Source: a bacterium (GTDB lineage Bacteria > Patescibacteriota > Minisyncoccia > Moranbacterales > DUUL01). Taken from it: 19,759 bases of DNA. The stretch is taken from NCBI GenBank assembly GCA_030626045.1, contig DAOUPS010000005.1:1-19759 (forward strand), read 5' to 3'. The notes under the pieces were generated by a model. It did not search any database, was not told the origin of the DNA, and worked only from the letters and a program-made list of their open reading frames with translations. Below, one piece after another: positions 13,844-19,759 of the stretch. Position 1 is the stretch's first letter, and every line of letters begins with the position of its first letter. Both the position numbers and the translations under genes were made by a program.

Positions 13844-15910
13844 TTAGTTCGGGGACAGTCCCTTGATATCAACAATAATTTTAAGGTCCACGATGACTGG
13901 TTCTTTATCCGGATACATCATGATCGGATTCACATCAAGTTCGTCGATATAAGCGTGTTTTTGTACAATTCTCCCAACTTTTTCAGCTTCTTTGGCTATT
14001 CTTGAAATACTGATCTTCTTTTTACGGATTATTTTTGCAAGCGGAGAACTTTTAATTTTTTCGATGATCTCTTTTTGGCTGGCGGGAAGAAGCCATAAGC
14101 ATTTGACATTAAAGGCTTCGGTAAGCACTCCTCCGAGGCCTAACAGCAAAACATGGCCAAATACTGAATCTTTTTTTATGCCAATGATGAGTTCCAGTCC
14201 TTGTTCTACCTGTTTTTGTATAATAACTTGATCATTTTTAAAAAGCTTTTTTAATCGATTGAATTCTTTTACTAACTCTTTACTGTTCAATATATTCAAG
14301 GATAGGCCGTCTTTGGCATTTTTATGAAGAATATCCGGACTGTCGACCTTCGCCACCAATGGAAATCCGCCGCTTATTTTTTTTACATCATCTTCACTGT
14401 TAACAATTTTCGCGGACAGAACGTCGAGCTTGTATTCTCTGCCAATCGAGCAAGCTTCGCCATACAAAAGCACTGATCTCTGCTCTTTTTCTAATTTTTC
14501 CATCAAGGCGCTGGATTTAACCGGCAATTCCTTGGCAAAGACCTTTTTACTTTTTCTGATGCCATTAACATATTCTATACATTTGGATAATGATCGAATT
14601 GCTTGATAGGGGAAAATAAAAGAACTGTAACCGTGCTTATTCAATACTGATGTTGCCTGGCGATACGCCTCCCCGCCAATAACGATCGGCACAAAAGGAA
14701 TGTGGTATTTTCTATTGGCAGCACTAATTTCGTCTGCAATGCGGCTGATCGGCGTTTGCGCTTGCGGAGTAACGATCACGCAAACTGATCCGATCTTTTT
14801 GAATTCAGCGCATTTACGGAAGACATTTTTGTATCTGTCTTCCATCGCGTCACCGAGCACATCGACAGGATTTTCAACGGAGCTCTCAGCCGGAAGACAT
14901 TTTTTTAATGCATCCTTTTCTTTCTCCGAAAAAGTATAAAGCGACACATTCTCTTGGTTTTCCGCAAGATCCGTTGCTATGACACCCGGTCCTCCCGCAT
15001 TGGTGATAAAAACTGTATCTTTATTTAAAGGACGCTTAAAGCCATTTAATAATTTTAGTACTCCGACAAAATCGGGAAGATTATTGCAAATTATTCCTCC
15101 GTTATCTTTAACAGCTTCTTGAACAATCTCGGCATTTCCAGCCATGGCACCGGTGTGTGATTGGATCGCCAGCCGAGCTTTTTTGGACGAGCCTGCCTTA
15201 ATGATAACAATCGGTTTTTTACGCGATATTTTATTAATAATGCCTGCAAAACGCTTCCCATCAGTGATATCTTCAAGATAGAGCGCGATAATTTTAGTTT
15301 CCGGATCACTGGCGAAAAACTCAATGAAATCATTCTCATCAACATTGGCTTTATTGCCAAGTGTTGCCACAAGTGAAAATCCCAGCCCGTGCTCCTTAAG
15401 TAAATCAAAAAGAGCTGTTGTAAGCGCCCCTGATTGTGCGATAAGGCCAATGCTTCCTCTTGGAACATCGTGTTTCGCAAAAGATGCGTTAAGCCCATAA
15501 TGAGTATTAACTACTCCGAGACAATTCGGACCGATGATATTGAGCTTATACTTATTTGCCAATTGTATGATCTTTTCTTCCCGTTCTTTGCCTTCTTCTC
15601 CAATTTCAGAAAATCCGGCGGAAATAATAATAATATTTTGTATTGGATACTTGCAGTGCGCGCATTCTGTTACGATTTTCTCAACAAACATGGCCGGTAC
15701 CGCTATGATCGCTATGTCGACTTTATTTTTAATATCCGTAACGGATGGATACGCTTTAATTCCCATTACTCGCGGCCTTTTGATGTTGACAGGATATAAT
15801 TTTAGAGCGTTATTCTGTTGAAGATTTCTCATTAATATATTCCCGATCTTCCCTTTTAATGATGAAGCCCCAACAATAGCAATTGTTTTAGGTTCAAATA
15901 TCTTTTTCAT
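13844..15910 (-). CDS. ADP-forming acetyl-CoA synthetase (acetate--CoA ligase, NDP-forming; fused alpha/beta)
   Basis: 688 aa. The N-terminal CoA-binding domain is PKTIAIVGASSLKGKIGN. It also has the succinyl-CoA-synthetase-like ligase domain with the phosphohistidine loop IQSHTGAMAGN and a C-terminal ATP-grasp domain. Confidence 0.9.
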   Translation of the reverse strand: MKKIFEPKTIAIVGASSLKGKIGNILMRNLQQNNALKLYPVNIKRPRVMGIKAYPSVTDIKNKVDIAIIAVPAMFVEKIVTECAHCKYPIQNIIIISAGFSEIGEEGKEREEKIIQLANKYKLNIIGPNCLGVVNTHYGLNASFAKHDVPRGSIGLIAQSGALTTALFDLLKEHGLGFSLVATLGNKANVDENDFIEFFASDPETKIIALYLEDITDGKRFAGIINKISRKKPIVIIKAGSSKKARLAIQSHTGAMAGNAEIVQEAVKDNGGIICNNLPDFVGVLKLLNGFKRPLNKDTVFITNAGGPGVIATDLAENQENVSLYTFSEKEKDALKKCLPAESSVENPVDVLGDAMEDRYKNVFRKCAEFKKIGSVCVIVTPQAQTPISRIADEISAANRKYHIPFVPIVIGGEAYRQATSVLNKHGYSSFIFPYQAIRSLSKCIEYVNGIRKSKKVFAKELPVKSSALMEKLEKEQRSVLLYGEACSIGREYKLDVLSAKIVNSEDDVKKISGGFPLVAKVDSPDILHKNAKDGLSLNILNSKELVKEFNRLKKLFKNDQVIIQKQVEQGLELIIGIKKDSVFGHVLLLGLGGVLTEAFNVKCLWLLPASQKEIIEKIKSSPLAKIIRKKKISISRIAKEAEKVGRIVQKHAYIDELDVNPIMMYPDKEPVIVDLKIIVDIKGLSPN

Positions 15911-15916
15911 GTATAT

Positions 15917-16927
15917 TTATCTGAGCTTACTTATTGATTTTATATACTTCTTCTCAGCATTTCTTAATTTTTTTTCAATTAAAAGGCCCTTCGTTGCCCC
16001 ACATTTAGAAACCGCTTCGGCACTATTCACAATTCCCCAAGCAAGCGACGTTTTAAGATCATTATCTTTCAGTAAAGATGCTAAAAACCCGCTCGCAAAA
16101 GCATCTCCGGCTCCTACCGTATTAACGACTTTCACGGTTTTTGCCGGAATGTGGAAAAGATCTTTATTGCTCGCAGTATACGCGCCCTGCGATCCATCAG
16201 TAATAACAACAATTTCGCATCCTTTGCCAAGAAGTTGATCGCTTAAATACACAACATCGTCACTGGCTTTACCGCTAATATTTCTTACCAGTTCAATTGC
16301 TTCATCTCTGTTGACAAGCAACACCTTGACACCGGATAAGAATTTAACGATCTTTTCAGCGTCGTTTTCTATTTGGTAGCTTGATGGATTAAGTACAATT
16401 GGGACATTTTTATTGCCGACAAATTCAGTAATGGCCAAAAAATCCTCGCGCCATCCCGCTTTTTGAGATCCAACATAAACAAGATCAGCTTTTTCTCTGA
16501 ACTTTCTTAATGCTTTTTTCACATCAAACAATTCAACCGAATCACCGGTTCTGAAAATAACATGGTCCTTATGTTTTTTATCTGTCAAAATAACCGAAGT
16601 TTCGCTTTCTGTTCGACCATTTCGCTGCATGTAGTTTTTTTTCAGCTTCTTTTTCCCTATTTGTTTTAATATCCATTTTCCGGACTCCGATTTCGATACT
16701 CTTGAGAACACAAAGGGCTTTATACCGCACAACAACATTCCGGACCCAATATTAACCGCGCTTCCCCCAACTTCCTCCCTGAAGTCGTCAGCGTATATCT
16801 TCGCGCCAAATTCAAATCCCATAAGCCGTTTGGACGTGAGGTTCTTGGGGGTATCAATGATCTTTGTTTCTTTCAGTGAAATGAAGATATCCCTGGTCAC
16901 GGATCCTATGCAAATTATTTTTTTCAC
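15917..16927 (-). CDS. PfkB-family carbohydrate or nucleoside kinase, substrate unknown
   Basis: 336 aa. The ribokinase-fold signatures EEVGGSAVNIG and NTVGAGDAFASGFL are present. The start codon is GTG (16927..16925). It lies 14 nt after gpmI and 6 nt before the ACS gene. Confidence 0.8.
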   Translation of the reverse strand: MKKIICIGSVTRDIFISLKETKIIDTPKNLTSKRLMGFEFGAKIYADDFREEVGGSAVNIGSGMLLCGIKPFVFSRVSKSESGKWILKQIGKKKLKKNYMQRNGRTESETSVILTDKKHKDHVIFRTGDSVELFDVKKALRKFREKADLVYVGSQKAGWREDFLAITEFVGNKNVPIVLNPSSYQIENDAEKIVKFLSGVKVLLVNRDEAIELVRNISGKASDDVVYLSDQLLGKGCEIVVITDGSQGAYTASNKDLFHIPAKTVKVVNTVGAGDAFASGFLASLLKDNDLKTSLAWGIVNSAEAVSKCGATKGLLIEKKLRNAEKKYIKSISKLR

Positions 16928-16941
16928 GCGTGTTAATTTAT

Positions 16942-18504
16942 TTAATTAATTAATGACTCTTCTCTCATTTCTTTTGGCTTTGGAAGATCAAGCAGATCAA
17001 GAATTGTCGGTGCGATATTTCCAAGCACTCCTCCGCTTTGAAGCTTCTTTTTTTTCATCTCCTTCCGGTTGGAAACAATAACAAAAGGAACAGGATTTTT
17101 TGTATGAAAGGTAGATACCCTTTGCGTCTGTTTATCTATCATTATATCAGCATTCCCGTGATCAGCGGAAATAACCAGAGTGCCATTTTTGTCTTTGACT
17201 GCTTTAGATAACCGAATCAGTTGCTTGTCAACACATTCAGCCGCTTTAACAACGGCCTTAAAATCACCCGTATGCCCCACCATATCAGTATTCGCGTAAT
17301 TAACAACAATGGCATCATATACGCCATAACGTACGCTCTTTATAATTACATCGGTAATATCACCAGCCGACATTTCAGGTTTTTCAGCGTATGATCTCAC
17401 GATCGGCGAACGAATCATTATACGATCCTCTCCTCCAACAGCATCCGCGTATCCGCCATTAATAAAATAGGTTACATGCGCAAACTTTTCAGTTTCCGAA
17501 ATGTAGAGTTGCTTCAGGCTTGATAAAGCAACCGGCAGCGTTCCAGCCAGCGGATTCGATTGAAAAGCTGTCTTCAGATTTAAGTCAGGCCCAAAATTAG
17601 TCATCGCGACAAAAAACAGCTTTTTGAGTTTTGGCATCTTTGGAAATCCTTTCTCTTTTTCAGTGTTTGTTCCCACGAAAAGCTTGGATATTTGCCGTGC
17701 TCTATCTGAGCGAAAATTAAAGAATATGATCGCGTCACTATCAGTGATCATAGCGACGGGCTTCTCATTTTCAGTCAAAATCGAAGGTTCAATATATTCA
17801 TCAAAATTTCCTTTCTTGTAATTGGCTTTAACAATATCTTCGAATCGAGCGTATTGCTTGCCTTTTCCATTAACCATTGCGTTATAAGCTTTGAGCAATC
17901 TATCCCAGTTCTTTGCCCTATCCATGGCATAAAATCTTCCGCAAACCGTTGCGCACTTTGCAATTTTCTCGTCATCTAATAATTTTTTCCACAATTTCCA
18001 ATGTTCGAGGGCGCTTTGAGGATATGAATCTCTTCCATCGGTAAAAAAATGCAGAAAAACCCGTTTGCTCAACCCAAGCCTTTTCAAAAATATGAGAAGC
18101 GCGAGCAATATATCCGGATGCGCGTGAGGACTGTCTTCATTTCCAAGCAGTCCCATCAGATGAATATTTGAATTATAATGCCGTATATGACGGATAGCGT
18201 CCAAAAAAGCTGAATTTTTAAAAAATGATTCATTGTTAATCGCTTCCAAAATAATTCTTACGTCTTGTTCGACAATTCTTCCCGCGCCAATATTAAGATG
18301 CCCCGACTCAGACCCGCTCATCTGATTCTTCTCCAGCCCGACATCAACGCCTGTTGCACCTAGCTGGGTGTACGGATAGTTACTAACAGCATCATCAAAA
18401 AAGGGCGTTTTGGCTGCCTCGATAGCATTAATGTTCCTATCTTTTGGACCTACCCCCCAGCCATCCAAAATTGTGAAAACGATCGGATTTCTTTTCTTAT
18501 TCAT
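16942..18504 (-). CDS. gpmI: 2,3-bisphosphoglycerate-independent phosphoglycerate mutase
   Basis: 520 aa. ILDGWGV, SGSESGHLNIGAGR, FFTDGRD, NYANTDMVGHTG and SADHGNAD are present. Confidence 0.95.
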   Translation of the reverse strand: MNKKRNPIVFTILDGWGVGPKDRNINAIEAAKTPFFDDAVSNYPYTQLGATGVDVGLEKNQMSGSESGHLNIGAGRIVEQDVRIILEAINNESFFKNSAFLDAIRHIRHYNSNIHLMGLLGNEDSPHAHPDILLALLIFLKRLGLSKRVFLHFFTDGRDSYPQSALEHWKLWKKLLDDEKIAKCATVCGRFYAMDRAKNWDRLLKAYNAMVNGKGKQYARFEDIVKANYKKGNFDEYIEPSILTENEKPVAMITDSDAIIFFNFRSDRARQISKLFVGTNTEKEKGFPKMPKLKKLFFVAMTNFGPDLNLKTAFQSNPLAGTLPVALSSLKQLYISETEKFAHVTYFINGGYADAVGGEDRIMIRSPIVRSYAEKPEMSAGDITDVIIKSVRYGVYDAIVVNYANTDMVGHTGDFKAVVKAAECVDKQLIRLSKAVKDKNGTLVISADHGNADIMIDKQTQRVSTFHTKNPVPFVIVSNRKEMKKKKLQSGGVLGNIAPTILDLLDLPKPKEMREESLIN

Positions 18505-19759
18505 ATTCTTGAAAGGATCTTTCTATTTCAAGTATTCTATTATATTTGCTTACTCGCTCCCCTCTCGCAGGAGCTCCGAATTTTACGTAATCGGCTGAGA
18601 CAGCTACCGCAAGATCCGAAACAAAGTCATCAATTGTTTCTCCGCTTCGATGTGATAGAAAAATTTTCATATCAAACTCGCGAGCCATATTAACACTTTC
18701 AACAGTTTCCGTTAATGTGCCGATTTGGTTTACCTTTATTAAAACTGTATTTATCGCATTTCTTTCATGCGCCTCTCGAATAATTTTTTTGTTCGTAACT
18801 GTTAGATCGTCTCCGACTATCGCAACTTTCTTTCCAATTCTTTTATTGCATTTTTCCCAGCCGTCCCAATCAAACTCGCTCATTGGATCCTCAATAACCT
18901 CCATATGAAATTCATCGATCCACGACCTATACATTTCCAGCAGATCATCACTGCTGTGTATGCTCTTGTCCAGCGCAAGATCATAAGTTTTATTTTCAGT
19001 ATCATAGAATTCACTGGCCGCCGCGTCAATGCCTGTTTTTATTTCCCTACCTAATTCATAATTACTTTTATTTATTGCGCCAATAATCATTTGCAATGCC
19101 TCTTGGTTTGTTTCCAGTCTAGGTGCAAATCCTCCTTCGTCACCAATGGCCACTCTGTATCCTTTTTCTTTTAAGTCTTCCTTTAAAATGTGGTAGATCT
19201 CCGATCCGGCTTGAAAACGCTTTTCAAATGTATCAATTCCAACAGGCAAGATCATATATTCCTGAATATCCAGCCCGCTATCCGAATGAGCTCCGCCATT
19301 TATAACATTAAATCCCGGAATAGGAAATGAAATATTACGATCAAGTGAAAATGTATCAACAATGTGCTTCCAAAGGGGTACATTTTTCTTTATTGCCGCG
19401 GCACGGGCTACAGCCAGAGAAACAGAAAGAATCGCATTAGCTCCCAATCTTTCTTTGTTTTCAGTCCCGTCAAGCTGGAGCATAATTTTATCAATTTTCA
19501 TCTGATCTTCGGCGTTTTTATCCGTTAAAGCGGGACTGATCACACTGTCCACATTTTGGCATGCTTTAAGAACGCCTTTTCCACCGAAACGGTCTTGGTC
19601 TCCGTCACGAATTTCCTGGGCTTCTTTTGTTCCGGTTGAAGCTCCCGACGGCACAGCCGCTTTTGCTTTTATGCCGCTTTCAAGAACAATAGTTGTTTCA
19701 ATAGTTGGATTTCCCCTGGAATCAAGAATCTCATGAGCCTTGATATTTTTTATTTTCAC
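18497..19759 (-). CDS. eno: Enolase
   Basis: 420 aa. ILDSRGNPTIE, SGASTG..EA.E.RD, GDDLTVTN, KVNQIGTLTE and SHRSGETIDDF are present. The GTG start sits exactly at the window edge (19759). The last 8 nt overlap the gpmI start (ATGAATAA). Confidence 0.97.
   Translation of the reverse strand: MKIKNIKAHEILDSRGNPTIETTIVLESGIKAKAAVPSGASTGTKEAQEIRDGDQDRFGGKGVLKACQNVDSVISPALTDKNAEDQMKIDKIMLQLDGTENKERLGANAILSVSLAVARAAAIKKNVPLWKHIVDTFSLDRNISFPIPGFNVINGGAHSDSGLDIQEYMILPVGIDTFEKRFQAGSEIYHILKEDLKEKGYRVAIGDEGGFAPRLETNQEALQMIIGAINKSNYELGREIKTGIDAAASEFYDTENKTYDLALDKSIHSSDDLLEMYRSWIDEFHMEVIEDPMSEFDWDGWEKCNKRIGKKVAIVGDDLTVTNKKIIREAHERNAINTVLIKVNQIGTLTETVESVNMAREFDMKIFLSHRSGETIDDFVSDLAVAVSADYVKFGAPARGERVSKYNRILEIERSFQEYE

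Noticed and set aside
1-19759. A search for CRISPR arrays, transposases or integrases, inverted-repeat-bounded mobile elements, prophage genes, toxin-antitoxin pairs and defence systems.
   Set aside because: No regularly spaced repeats are present and no such ORFs exist. Every long ORF has a confident housekeeping assignment, and only two gaps exceed 200 bp.

Overview
This is an AT-rich, very compact bacterial chromosomal segment with 18 protein-coding genes and one tRNA. Seventeen of the 18 CDS and the tRNA lie on the minus strand. Most gaps are under 100 nt, and several are 1-25 nt or overlapping. The content is housekeeping. In minus-strand transcription order it reads: eno, gpmI, a PfkB-family kinase, ADP-forming acetyl-CoA synthetase; a receiver-domain protein and recJ; tRNA-Glu(CUC); a trans-polyprenyl synthase, a divergent cis-prenyltransferase (UppS-like), trxA, trxB, malic enzyme; rplI; pyrG; rpmA (the only plus-strand gene); a membrane-anchored Cys-rich protein; an archaeal-type UMP kinase; ilvE; and a TyrA-PheA fusion. 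bL9, bL27, RecJ and UppS mark the organism as a bacterium. The archaeal-type UMP kinase, the ADP-forming ACS, the lack of Shine-Dalgarno motifs and the tight packing suggest a reduced-genome lineage such as Patescibacteria/CPR, but that is inference only. The supplied ORF track misses one real gene, a 526-codon open frame at 1..1578 (-) that runs off the window edge. I found no CRISPR array, transposase or integrase, prophage, toxin-antitoxin pair, or recognisable defence, secretion or natural-product cluster. I could not identify a convincing novel multi-gene system. The points most worth a second look are: (1) the TyrA-PheA fusion that lacks a chorismate mutase domain; (2) a receiver protein lacking the phosphoacceptor Asp and conserved Lys, fused to a zinc ribbon and coupled to recJ; (3) a UppS homolog with a disrupted IPP-binding motif; (4) a membrane-anchored Ada-like zinc-motif protein; and (5) the only two long non-coding gaps (274 bp and 232 bp), both rich in hairpins and repeats and possibly encoding small RNAs or a 28-aa mini-protein.
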